DNA of 64,000 nt, from the NCBI GenBank assembly GCA_014728035.1, contig WJMJ01000059.1, positions 96,001 through 160,000 of the forward strand, in the 5' to 3' direction. A program made the translations under genes and the position numbers. Below, piece after piece: positions 9,814-19,600 of this stretch. The notes below the pieces were generated by a model, which did not search any database, was not told the origin of the DNA, and saw only the letters and a list, made by a program, of their open reading frames with translations. Positions within the stretch are counted from its first letter, which is position 1. Each line of letters opens with the position of its first letter. This DNA comes from Promethearchaeota archaeon. GTDB lineage: Archaea > Asgardarchaeota > Thorarchaeia > Thorarchaeales > Thorarchaeaceae.

Positions 9814-10999
9814 TTAATCTGTGAAGAAGAATCAAACCCCTTTTCAGGTCTTTGTATCTAAGCCCCTCTTCATCGGGGGGCATAGTCCCACTAGCGACAA
9901 GCAGCAGAAGGGATACCATTCTAGGAACCAGTCTTGAATATTGAAGTAGAAATTCCCTATTTCCCGTTGAATCTACAATCAAGCCTTCCAATCGTCGAGA
10001 TAGTAGTGATAGACGTTCTTCCAGTCCCTCTCTAGGCTTTAGTCTTTTAAATAATGAAACCACATCCGAATCATTCTGAAAAAGTGTAGTAGAAACGCCG
10101 ATGGAATCCAATAACTCTAAAGACTGAAGAATAAACGATCCATAGTGTTCCTCTTCTATTCGTGCATATCCCATATCTACTGATTTTAGCTGACAAAGCA
10201 GTTTCAAGGAGTTTGTGAGAATAGCACGTGTTGCACTTGTAGGAGAAATAGCTTGTTGGGTTAGAAATTCCGCATGTTTATTCTCCAGTCCCGCAGCTCT
10301 CGATGAATCCAGCTGTTTTTCAAATCCTGGGGAGAACGTGATGACAGCTGCTTGATGTAATTTAGAACTCGTTCCGAGCTTTCGAGTAGCTGTCAATGAA
10401 ATGAAGTCATCATATGGTGTGTAAAAAAGAAGAATTCTTAGAACATCATACGCTATTTCGAAGTCCTCTTCAACAGTTGCAGACCGTCCTTTATTCCTAG
10501 CTGCAAATCCGCTTAGTAGGATCCAGATAGAAACAATACTTTCACATAATTGGTAGGTTTCCTTGTTATCTCCAAGGTCATGTTCACTCAAAAAACGAGA
10601 TAGTCGCTCTGATGCATTATCGATTCGGTTTAGAGTGCTAGATCCCATGTCTACTGCAATTAGAGAAGTTATGAATTCTCTAGGGTCATGAGATGGTGGG
10701 CGGATAACAAATCGTGGCCTTTTTCTGGTAAGACTCCACCATTTAGATGTTGAAGCAAAGATATCCAATGTATCAATTGCAATAGTCAAGTCTGCCATTC
10801 TTGTTTTCTTACGGGTGTCTAGAACTGCAGATAGCTTAGCAAAGACTACGAGAAATTTTGTCAAATGTTCTGAGAGTTTCTGCCCTGAATATATGTGATG
10901 GGAGTATCTTTCAAGAACTCGGCTCATTGCTCCCATTGAATCTCTATCAACTTCAGTTCGTAAAAGATTCTTGTAGACCTCTATCGGCTTTCGCGCCAA
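9797..10999 (-). CDS. Hypothetical all-helical protein with internal repeats
   Basis: 400-aa ORF; recurring R..T...D...A...L-type segments. Confidence 0.75.
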   Translation of the reverse strand: MARKPIEVYKNLLRTEVDRDSMGAMSRVLERYSHHIYSGQKLSEHLTKFLVVFAKLSAVLDTRKKTRMADLTIAIDTLDIFASTSKWWSLTRKRPRFVIRPPSHDPREFITSLIAVDMGSSTLNRIDNASERLSRFLSEHDLGDNKETYQLCESIVSIWILLSGFAARNKGRSATVEEDFEIAYDVLRILLFYTPYDDFISLTATRKLGTSSKLHQAAVITFSPGFEKQLDSSRAAGLENKHAEFLTQQAISPTSATRAILTNSLKLLCQLKSVDMGYARIEEEHYGSFILQSLELLDSIGVSTTLFQNDSDVVSLFKRLKPREGLEERLSLLSRRLEGLIVDSTGNREFLLQYSRLVPRMVSLLLLVASGTMPPDEEGLRYKDLKRGLILLHRLINDLI

Positions 11000-11099
11000 A
11001 TCTGCTTGTACTCCTTTTTGGTTTTATCTTATCAGGACTGGTTTTCTGAGTTTCAAGCTGAGTTGGGTATGTCTCATATAAAAGACTGTGTCACACAAT

Positions 11100-11867
11100 C
11101 TATTTGCCATAGCGTCTTTGTCTCTGCTCGTAAGAACGCAGAGCTCGCCAAATGTCAATTCGGCGAACTGCGGGCCAATAAATCTGTGCAAAATAAAGTT
11201 CTGAATACGCCGATTGCCAAAGAAGAAAACCGGATAGTCTTTCTTCGCCCGATGTTCTGATAATTAGATCTGGATCTGGAGTGCCTTCAGTGTATAGATG
11301 CTGCTCTATCATAGCCTCATCAATATCGGAAGGGGTTATATTGCCCTCCTGAATCTTCTCACTGATTGCTTTAACTGCATCAACGAGTTCAGCTCGTCCC
11401 GAATAGCCAATTGCTACATTGAGGATATGTTTATCATAATGAGCTGTTTCCTGTTCAGCTATAGTAATAGCTTGTTGTACATCCTCGGGGAGCAAATCAA
11501 CACGTCCAATAGCTTTGATTCGAACTTGATGACGATGTACATCTGGATTACCTACCACCTCGCCGAATTTTTCCTTAGCAATTTCCATTATTTCACTAAC
11601 TTCATCTTCATTTCTTTGAAAATTTTCCATAGAAAAAGTATAGAGTGTACATACTGAAACACCTGCTTCCCAAAGGATTTTGAGCACTTGCATAACCTTC
11701 TGAGCACCAAGACGATGGCCAAACCAAGGAGCATCTGCACCGTGTTCTCTTGCATATCGACGATTTCCATCTAGAATAATCCCAACATGTCTAGGTGCAT
11801 TTTCTTTTCGTAATTGACGAAAAAGCCAATATTCGTAGAGACGATAAACTGGACCTGCTATATTCAA
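11100..11867 (-). CDS. uppS: cis-prenyltransferase (polyprenyl diphosphate synthase)
   Basis: ILDGNRRYA, FSMENFQR, DLIIRTSGEERLSGFLLWQSAYSE. Confidence 0.96.
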   Translation of the reverse strand: MNIAGPVYRLYEYWLFRQLRKENAPRHVGIILDGNRRYAREHGADAPWFGHRLGAQKVMQVLKILWEAGVSVCTLYTFSMENFQRNEDEVSEIMEIAKEKFGEVVGNPDVHRHQVRIKAIGRVDLLPEDVQQAITIAEQETAHYDKHILNVAIGYSGRAELVDAVKAISEKIQEGNITPSDIDEAMIEQHLYTEGTPDPDLIIRTSGEERLSGFLLWQSAYSELYFAQIYWPAVRRIDIWRALRSYEQRQRRYGK

Positions 11868-11938
11868 TTGGAATTTACACTCTCATAAGTATCTGAAAGA
11901 TGTGCATCTATGAGTTTTGTGTTGATACTACAAATGTA

Positions 11939-12310
11939 TCAAATCATTGTTGCAATCTTTTCTGCCGCTCGTTTCATCTCAAGAAAAATGATTCCCAGTT
12001 TAGCATTTGCTGTTGTAGAAACAGTTAGACAAGCATTCATTCCCGCTTGAACAACAAGGAGCCAACCATCTATTCCTTTGATGTTTACCTGCTCAAGATC
12101 TCCTTTTCCAAGTTCGATTGATGCTTTCTCTCCAAGGGTTAACATAGCAGCTGTCATGGCTGCAACCTTTGCCTCATCTACATCGGTGGGCAAAGCAGAT
12201 ACGATAGGAAGTCCCTCAACGCTAACAATAGCACACGCTTCAATCTCAGGAATACTTCCCTGTAATTCGTTTAGTACGCTTTCAAGTGTATCTCCACGGG
12301 ATTCTGACAT
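11939..12310 (-). CDS. Roadblock/LC7 (MglB-like) domain protein
   Basis: AIVSVEGLPIVSAL, VAAMTAAML, LGIIFLEMKRAAEKI. Confidence 0.92.
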   Translation of the reverse strand: MSESRGDTLESVLNELQGSIPEIEACAIVSVEGLPIVSALPTDVDEAKVAAMTAAMLTLGEKASIELGKGDLEQVNIKGIDGWLLVVQAGMNACLTVSTTANAKLGIIFLEMKRAAEKIATMI

Positions 12311-12467
12311 TTGGCCTCACCTTAGTATCATCTAGGAAGTCAATATTCCATAGGTCACATTTCGTTCACTGTGAAAGAACATATAAGCTCTTCTGGGGTC
12401 ACTCCGTGAATTGCGCAATGTGATATATTCCATGGTACATATTTCTAAATCGAATGAATAAATTTGT

Positions 12468-13043
12468 CTATTTGTACATTCGTTTTAGAATTACTTCACG
12501 AGCAATCGCTTGGAAAGCTCTTTTAACGCCTACACCTTGGATTGCAATCGTTTCATAGATTGGAACATTGCCACCTAAGCCTAAGAGATCAAGCATCTCA
12601 TCACGGGACATCCGATTGGGAAGGTCTCGCTTGTTCAACATGACTACAATAGGAATCTCACGACCAAGTGCATCGCCCAAAAAAAGTTTGAGCTCTTCAA
12701 AGCTCTCCACATTTTCGTCGCGTTGGTCCGGAGATGAGTCAGCTACAAAAAGTAGACCATCAGTTCCCTGAAGTACAACCTTTCTTTGATGTCTATGTCT
12801 TTTCTGTCCTGCAACTGTGAAGACATCAAATAGTACTCTTCCACCAGCACTCATAGGCACATAGTCAAAGAATAGAGTCCTATTGGTTTCATCTTCAATA
12901 GCAGTGAACTCTCCCTTTTGTAACCCTTCGACTTTTCCATAAAGCCAACGAAGAGCTGTTGTTTTGCCTCCTAGGCTAGGGCCGTAGAATACTAATTTCA
13001 GATGGATTCTGCCACGATCGTCCTTTCTCATTGGTGGGTTCAC
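12468..13043 (-). CDS. MglA-family small GTPase
   Basis: G1 YGPSLGGKTT, RTLFFD, G3 TVAGQ (no Asp, typical of MglA), G4 NKRD, G5 TIA. Confidence 0.92.
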   Translation of the reverse strand: MNPPMRKDDRGRIHLKLVFYGPSLGGKTTALRWLYGKVEGLQKGEFTAIEDETNRTLFFDYVPMSAGGRVLFDVFTVAGQKRHRHQRKVVLQGTDGLLFVADSSPDQRDENVESFEELKLFLGDALGREIPIVVMLNKRDLPNRMSRDEMLDLLGLGGNVPIYETIAIQGVGVKRAFQAIAREVILKRMYK

Positions 13044-13300
13044 CTCATGTTACAGATACAGATTACACGAGTTTTGTACCGACAAGTCGGTACATTTCGG
13101 TTGAGAGGGATTATTGCTCAGCACAGATATGTACTGAATCCCGTCTTTAGTCCCGCATTAGGCGGTTAATTGTTTTAGAAATGTTGTCTCATAAAAGCCT
13201 ATTGAGTTTAGTCTCAACAAATGATTCCAGAAAAAGGAATATATTCAGAATGTGCATAGTACACTCTAAGCTGAAAGAGGAACACACCCTGAATTTTCCT

Positions 13301-13768
13301 TTAGACTCGTTCTAATTCAGCTAATGCTGACTTCAAATCTTCTTCGTCTAGCTCCCGATCTTTAGCAGGAGTAGATGGTTCAACTGCAAGGAATTTGTCA
13401 AGCTCTTCAGCAAGTTGGACACCTTGTTTCTTCATAAGAAGACGAATAAGTCCAATATTGACTTCGGCTTCGGAAACAACACATAGAACACCTTTACCAC
13501 AGGCTGAGGCAAAGATTTTCCCTTCTGAGAATTCAGACGTCACAATTTCTAACTCGCCAATCTGGAGGTTCTTACCTTGTTCCTCGCTGGCACAGAACAC
13601 TGCACTAGCAATAGCGCCTATACTATCCACATCAACAGGATAGTAACTCAGCTTACTTACATTTGCAATAGTTAAACCAGTCTTGTCAACAAGAATGACT
13701 TTTCGAATTCCTTTTTCTTGGCGAATAATGTCAGTGAGAATCTTATCGAATACTTTCGGTTCGCTCAT
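13301..13768 (-). CDS. Roadblock/LC7 (MglB-like) protein with acidic C-terminal helix
   Basis: ILVDKTGLTIA, IGAIASAVF, VNIGLIRL; tail DEEDLKSALAELERV. Confidence 0.9.
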   Translation of the reverse strand: MSEPKVFDKILTDIIRQEKGIRKVILVDKTGLTIANVSKLSYYPVDVDSIGAIASAVFCASEEQGKNLQIGELEIVTSEFSEGKIFASACGKGVLCVVSEAEVNIGLIRLLMKKQGVQLAEELDKFLAVEPSTPAKDRELDEEDLKSALAELERV

Positions 13769-13790
13769 TGGATAACCCCTCTTTCAGCCT

Positions 13791-14081
13791 TTATTTCAGG
13801 ACTACTAATATGAGCCCTTCACTAGGTTCAGGTGCGATATTAATCTGACCCTGGGAGGTATCCAGTGTCAGAAATGATAAACTTCCCTCCCGTAATTCAC
13901 GAACAGCATCTAATGCTTTTCCTACGAGAGAGGTGATGATTGCAGCGACAGTTTCAGTGGTTTCAGGATCCAAATCGCTACTTAATGGAAGTCCTTCCAT
14001 GGTAGTGACTACTACGCCACGAACGCCATCTTGACCCTTAATCTTCTTGATTATCGCTTGTAATTTCTCTTGACTTATCAC
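13791..14081 (-). CDS. Short roadblock/LC7 domain protein
   Basis: GVRGVVVTTMEGLPLSSDL, VAAIITSLV, LILVVLK end. Confidence 0.9.
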   Translation of the reverse strand: MISQEKLQAIIKKIKGQDGVRGVVVTTMEGLPLSSDLDPETTETVAAIITSLVGKALDAVRELREGSLSFLTLDTSQGQINIAPEPSEGLILVVLK

Positions 14082-14245
14082 TTAGAGAATCTCCAAATCA
14101 GTTAATCGTGCAATCAGCAATCTATACCCTGCGATTGACTATTTTAGACTTGTGGAGGTGTGTTCCTGAAAATACATCTCTTTTGCGCAATTCGCTCCAT
14201 TTTGAAAGAAAAATGACTGCGCCTCGAATGGCACAGTCCAATACT

Positions 14246-15871
14246 TCATTCCTCCTCATCTTCCTCAAACATCTCTCTTGAACTTCTACGCATTTGGGCA
14301 AGACTTTCTGTGAATGCCTCATCAGAAACTTCAGAGGGAGCTGAAGCTGAAGCAGCTTTGAGCTTCTTTTCTTGATGCTCAATTTCTGCTTCCTCTTTTT
14401 CAAGAGCACGTTCAATTTTGTCAAAAGCTTTCTTGATTTTCTTTGGTGCTTTCATTTCTCGCTTCTTTAGTGCTGATCTGAAAGATGCAATACGTTCTCT
14501 GCCAGATGCTCTATCTCCTCTAAATGACTCTTCTCCTGCTTTTTGAGTGACAAAAGTAGCACCAACAGTTGGATCAAGTGTATCAATGATTTCTTCTTCT
14601 TTATCTGCTACCTTTAATCTAGTAGTTACTGACCGTAATCTTCTCGCACCAGTTTCATCTGTATAGGCTACTTGGACTTGAATAGGAATTTCCTCCTGTT
14701 CGATCTCATCTTCTGGCTCTACCTCGACATATAGTTCATGTTCGTTACCTACAACAGCAATCTTGCTTTCACTTTTCTTCTTCAAATCTTCAATAACAGC
14801 ATGAGATATCCCAGATGCGTCTTTCAATTTTACTCCCGCAGGCGTAATCAGTCGTACTTCAACATCTCGTCCAAGAAGAGAAGCTCCTGCAAGGCGCGAA
14901 AGACTGCGGTCCAGTTCATTTGGTGTGACATAATACATCTGTCCATTTGTTGCTTCAGGCATGAGACCAAGTGTTTTGAGTTCCATTCCTGCACCAGATG
15001 CAATACCAACAACATCAATTGCAGTTCCAAGCTCACTAAACATTGAACCAATTGATTCGTAAAACTTAGATGCTGGGGTTACTTGATATCCTTCAAGAGC
15101 GCCAATTCCTTCGTTCGCAAGACCATCAGTAAGAATTACAACACGACCGACATTACGATGTTTTGCAATAACATATGCCATTGCAACTGCTGGGCCAAGG
15201 GCTGTTCCGCCCATATCTCGTAAAGCTTGAACATGTTGTTTCACTTTTTCGGAATTCTTTCCAATATGGACAAGATTGAATTTGTCAAGCAAACTTTTGG
15301 TGCTCTCTACAATACTATCTAGACTTGCATAAGTTTCACGGGGTAATACTATTGGCTCTCCAGTTTGAAGATTACGAAAAACAACCGAACTTTCGAATTC
15401 GATAAGACCGAACATCGTATCTGGTGAGTTTGCTGCAAGACTCTCAATAGATGTACTAAGACTTCTCTTTACAGCTGATAGATTCACTCCGGACATAGAA
15501 CCAGATACATCGATTAATGCAATGAATGATTTACCCCCGACCGGGACAGCATCAGTCACTGTATCAGTTTGCTCTGGGGCTGGAGAAATCACAAAGTCTG
15601 ACTCATTTCCAGCAAAGACTACTTCTCCCTCTATGACATTCAAAGTACTACAGAAAGGACATATGAAATGCTTACCAATCTTGGGATTTTCTTTGATTTG
15701 ATCTACACTAATTAGAAACCCATTACATTTGTGACAAGCAATAGGTTTACCGACAATCTTAGTCACATCACGTGCAAGATCCCTGAACTCCACGCGAAGA
15801 ACATAAGGTATGTCTTTCAAAACTTTCTTTGAGGCGGGAAACGCCTCAGAACTGGTTCTCAACATAGGCAT
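14246..15871 (-). CDS. Sec23/Sec24-type Zn-finger + vWA + beta-sandwich protein
   Basis: CHKC..CPFCSTLN Zn finger, MIDAS DVSGS / GGTALGPA / LTDG, IQVQVAYTD..G.RRLRSVT beta-sandwich motif; start probably ATG 15871 (ORF track 15928). Confidence 0.85.
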   Translation of the reverse strand: MPMLRTSSEAFPASKKVLKDIPYVLRVEFRDLARDVTKIVGKPIACHKCNGFLISVDQIKENPKIGKHFICPFCSTLNVIEGEVVFAGNESDFVISPAPEQTDTVTDAVPVGGKSFIALIDVSGSMSGVNLSAVKRSLSTSIESLAANSPDTMFGLIEFESSVVFRNLQTGEPIVLPRETYASLDSIVESTKSLLDKFNLVHIGKNSEKVKQHVQALRDMGGTALGPAVAMAYVIAKHRNVGRVVILTDGLANEGIGALEGYQVTPASKFYESIGSMFSELGTAIDVVGIASGAGMELKTLGLMPEATNGQMYYVTPNELDRSLSRLAGASLLGRDVEVRLITPAGVKLKDASGISHAVIEDLKKKSESKIAVVGNEHELYVEVEPEDEIEQEEIPIQVQVAYTDETGARRLRSVTTRLKVADKEEEIIDTLDPTVGATFVTQKAGEESFRGDRASGRERIASFRSALKKREMKAPKKIKKAFDKIERALEKEEAEIEHQEKKLKAASASAPSEVSDEAFTESLAQMRRSSREMFEEDEEE

Positions 15872-16050
15872 TTGAGATTCGACTCCAAAACAATTGAGTG
15901 TGATTACTCCGAAATCTATTAAATTCATCGACGCGCTACTTGTTAATAGCAGGTAGAAGCAAAAATTAGACTATCGCCACATAAAATATAAACGCAGTTA
16001 ATAACATGCACATTATGTAAATACATGACCTCCGCGGAGTAAGAATAGAC

Positions 16051-16419
16051 ATGGTAGTTAGCAAAACGAAAATAGAAGAAATTGTTGCTGAAACTATGGC
16101 CAATAATCCAGAAATTGAAGGTATGATTGTTTGTAATGCAGAAGGAGAAGTCCTTTTTGGCCATACTCTAAGTGCAACTATTATGCATAAAGAGGTAGCA
16201 GAATTTGTTGTGAAGATTTCAACTAACTCATCCCAGCTTGTTAACGGACTGGACCAAGGAGGTCTCAAGGAGATTGACATCTCGGCCGAAACTGGTTTTG
16301 TGATGATATTTGGAGATGTTAAACTAATATTGGCAGCTTTTGCAGGTGAAACCGCTCGGGAATCTTTGGGTTTGGTTCGAATGACATTGCGGCGTGCGTT
16401 GATGAGTATGATAGGCTAA
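16051..16419 (+). CDS. Roadblock/LC7 domain protein
   Basis: IEGMIVCNAEG, SLGLVRMTLRRA; size 122 aa. Confidence 0.82.
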   Translation: MVVSKTKIEEIVAETMANNPEIEGMIVCNAEGEVLFGHTLSATIMHKEVAEFVVKISTNSSQLVNGLDQGGLKEIDISAETGFVMIFGDVKLILAAFAGETARESLGLVRMTLRRALMSMIG

Positions 16420-16613
16420 TATGGCAAGCAGAGTTAGCTTTTTTAGCTATATTATAATATCCTCGTAATACCAATATACATATCCGTGGATAATGCGGGT
16501 ATTACTTGGGTATTACCAAGTATAATAGATAGAATCTTGTATCATTCCCCTGATACACGAGAGGAGACACGCCAAATTTAGTCTAATAGAGATTAACGGG
16601 AAGGGAATATGTC

Positions 16614-19600
16614 TTGGTCCATATTGAAAAAATAGTTGTTAAAGGATTCAAATCATTTGGCCGAGACTCCGTTACCATCAAAATAAATCCCGGATTCACT
16701 TGTGTAGTAGGTCCAAATGGCTCAGGAAAGTCTAATGTGATTGACGCTATCCTTTTTGTGCTTGGTCAACTAAGTGCAAAAACACTTCGTGCTAATGTTT
16801 TTTCAGATCTATTATATTCCCCGCCAAAAGCAGGGATGCCACCTAAAGCTAAATCCGCTTCGGTATCTATTCATTTCAATAATAAAGACAGAAAACTACA
16901 AGTCGATGCAGACAAGGTTGTTGTAGAACGCGAGCTAGATGAAACCGGAAAATCAACATGCAGAGTAAATGGGAAAGTCGTAACACGTTCAGCTGTATTA
17001 GATTTACTTGGTAGTATTGGTGTGGATCCTAACGGATACAATCTTGTTTTACAAGGCGAAATAGCTCAGATGGTCAAAGTTAGTCCGAACGATCGTAGAA
17101 AACTAATCGAAGAGATTGCGGGAATATCCGCTTATGATGAACAGAAGAACAAGGCACTAAAAAAACTGGCTGAAAGTGAACAAAATCTTGGTAAGGTTGA
17201 AACACAGCTCCAAGAAAGACGTAGGCAGCTTGAAAGACTGGAAGAAGAAAGGTCTGATGCTCTTCGATACACCGAATTGAAAGAAAAAATTCGGGACGTT
17301 CGAGTGAATAGATTAGCTTGGACTATACTAAAATCAGATATTCGTATAGACACTATCAAGGAAACCCTCACTGAACGTGCAGCAGATGCTGAAAAACTCG
17401 AAAGAGAGTTTCATGAAACCGAAGAAAAAATCGCTGAAACCGAAGTAAAAATTGAAGAAATAGACTCGCTGATTGACCAAATCACTGGTGGGGACTCGGC
17501 AAGAATCTCAGAGCGATTTGGGGTGGTTTCAGCAGCTGTTAACCATGTTAAAAGTGACCTTTCAAGAGCAGAAAACGAACTTGATAAATCTAAACGTGAA
17601 CAGGATGATATTAAGGCAAGATTAGATTCAATTCAAGATCAAATAGAATACTCGGAAGGTAAGGTTAAGGAAAAAGATAGAGTTCTTGCTGCTTTGGATG
17701 AAGAGATTGCAAAATGTAAGAACGATATTGCAGCTATGGAAGAAACCTTAGCTAGAGAGCAGTCTGACTATTATGAAACACAACAACGACTCCAAGACCT
17801 CAACAACCAGATGATTGCACTCGATGAGGGCGTTTCAGAAATACGTTCAGCCATCAAATCTGACAATCGTGAACTTGGGTTAGCCTATGAAGAGCTTACT
17901 GACAGCCAAGAAAGTCTCCGACGGACTGAGGAAGAGCTGACCCAGTTACATACCACATTCCCCTCAAGAAAGTCTGCTTATGAAAAAATGCTTGAAGAAG
18001 AAAAAAGACTACAAACAGAACTAAACGAAGTCATAGAGCGAGAGAAGACAACGGATTCAGAAGTAGCAGAGTCTGCAAGATTAGTCAATTCTACCCGTGA
18101 AGAACTAATACGTCTTCAAGCTCGACAGGATGCACTCAAAGAAGCGGAAGATGCATTTCTAAAGAAACAAAGAGCTCTTGCAAGAGTATTAGAAATGCGG
18201 GACACAGGAGAGATTGAAGGCATATACGGGACAATAGCTGAGTTAGGAACCATTGACCCTGATTATAGCACAGCTCTAGAAGTTGCAGGAGGCGGAAGAC
18301 TCACACATATTGTGGTGGAAGATGACTTCGTAGCATCTGAATGCGTACGGGCACTAAAAAGAGAACGTATAGGTAGAGCATCGTTTATCCCACTTAACAA
18401 AATCAGAAGTAGACCCCCTGGAGAACTTCCAGATAAAGAGGGAGTAATTGGATTCGCTTTAGATTTGGTAGATTTCGACCCAAAATTGCAACCAGCGTTT
18501 GAATATGCATTCACAGATACTGTTGTGACAGAAGATTTCGAAACCGCCAAAATCCTCGGTTTTAGTAGATGGCGAGCAGTTTCATTGGAGGGCGATCTTG
18601 TAGAGAAATCTGGTCTCATCACTGGTGGACACTATCAAAAGAGAGGCGCAGGAATCTCATTTCAAGTAGAAGATAGAAGCTACGAAATAGAAGAAAAACT
18701 TAGAGGTCTCGAGAAGATTCTATCGGAAATTCGTGATAAACAAGAGAGCTTACATCAGAAAAGAAGGATATTGCAAAAGGAGATTGAAACGATATCAAAG
18801 AAAAGTTATCGTGAAGGTGTAGAAATAGAACGTCTACAACAATCAATTGATGAAAAAGAAGCAAAGCAAGCAAACCTTCGTGAGAAAATCTCTATTCTAG
18901 AACTCAGGATTAAGGAGCTTGAAAACCAAATTAATGAGCTTTCTATAAGAGATAAAGAGCTATCCGAGCAGAGGGAGCGAGTTCGTGAACGTCGGGACCA
19001 ATGCAATGAGCTGCTTGCGAAATCTGATGCGGCAAAGATAAATCAAGATATTAAAGATTTGAAAGAAATCCTTGAACATCACCGAAGACAACGAGAAGAT
19101 CTCCAAAGTGATATAACCTCTTTGAGAGTGAGTCTTGAAGAAAGATTAGGGCCAAAATCTGTTGAATTGGAGCATCGCATACAATCGCTTAACGCAGTAA
19201 TTCCCAACCTAGAAGAAGAGGTCCGTGTGCTAGCAGAGAGTCTTGAGGATAAAGAAAAAGAACTTGAGGAACTGAAGACAGAGAGAGCAAAGATTGATGA
19301 CGCTGTTAAAGATAAGCGTGTTGATCAGATTCGAATGAAAGAAGACCTTCGCAATCTCAGGTTTAGACTGGAGGAGATTCGTGATGAGATGACTTCAAAC
19401 GAAAAGGCGGTTTACAGACTTCAAACTGAGCAATCTCGGTTGGAGTCAGATATTGTTGCGCTGCATGCAGAATTAAAATTGATAGCTGATATCGATCACG
19501 AGATAGCAATAAGAAAAGACCTTCCAGAACTTACCTATAGAGAAATTGAGGAACTTGAGGAGAAAATTAGAGAATTAGAGAGAGAGCTTGATGAGATGGG

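Noticed and set aside
14095-14240. Several imperfect hairpins between the Sec23-like gene and the roadblock gene
   Set aside because: G-U pair polarity is inconsistent between hairpins; no coherent single-strand structure
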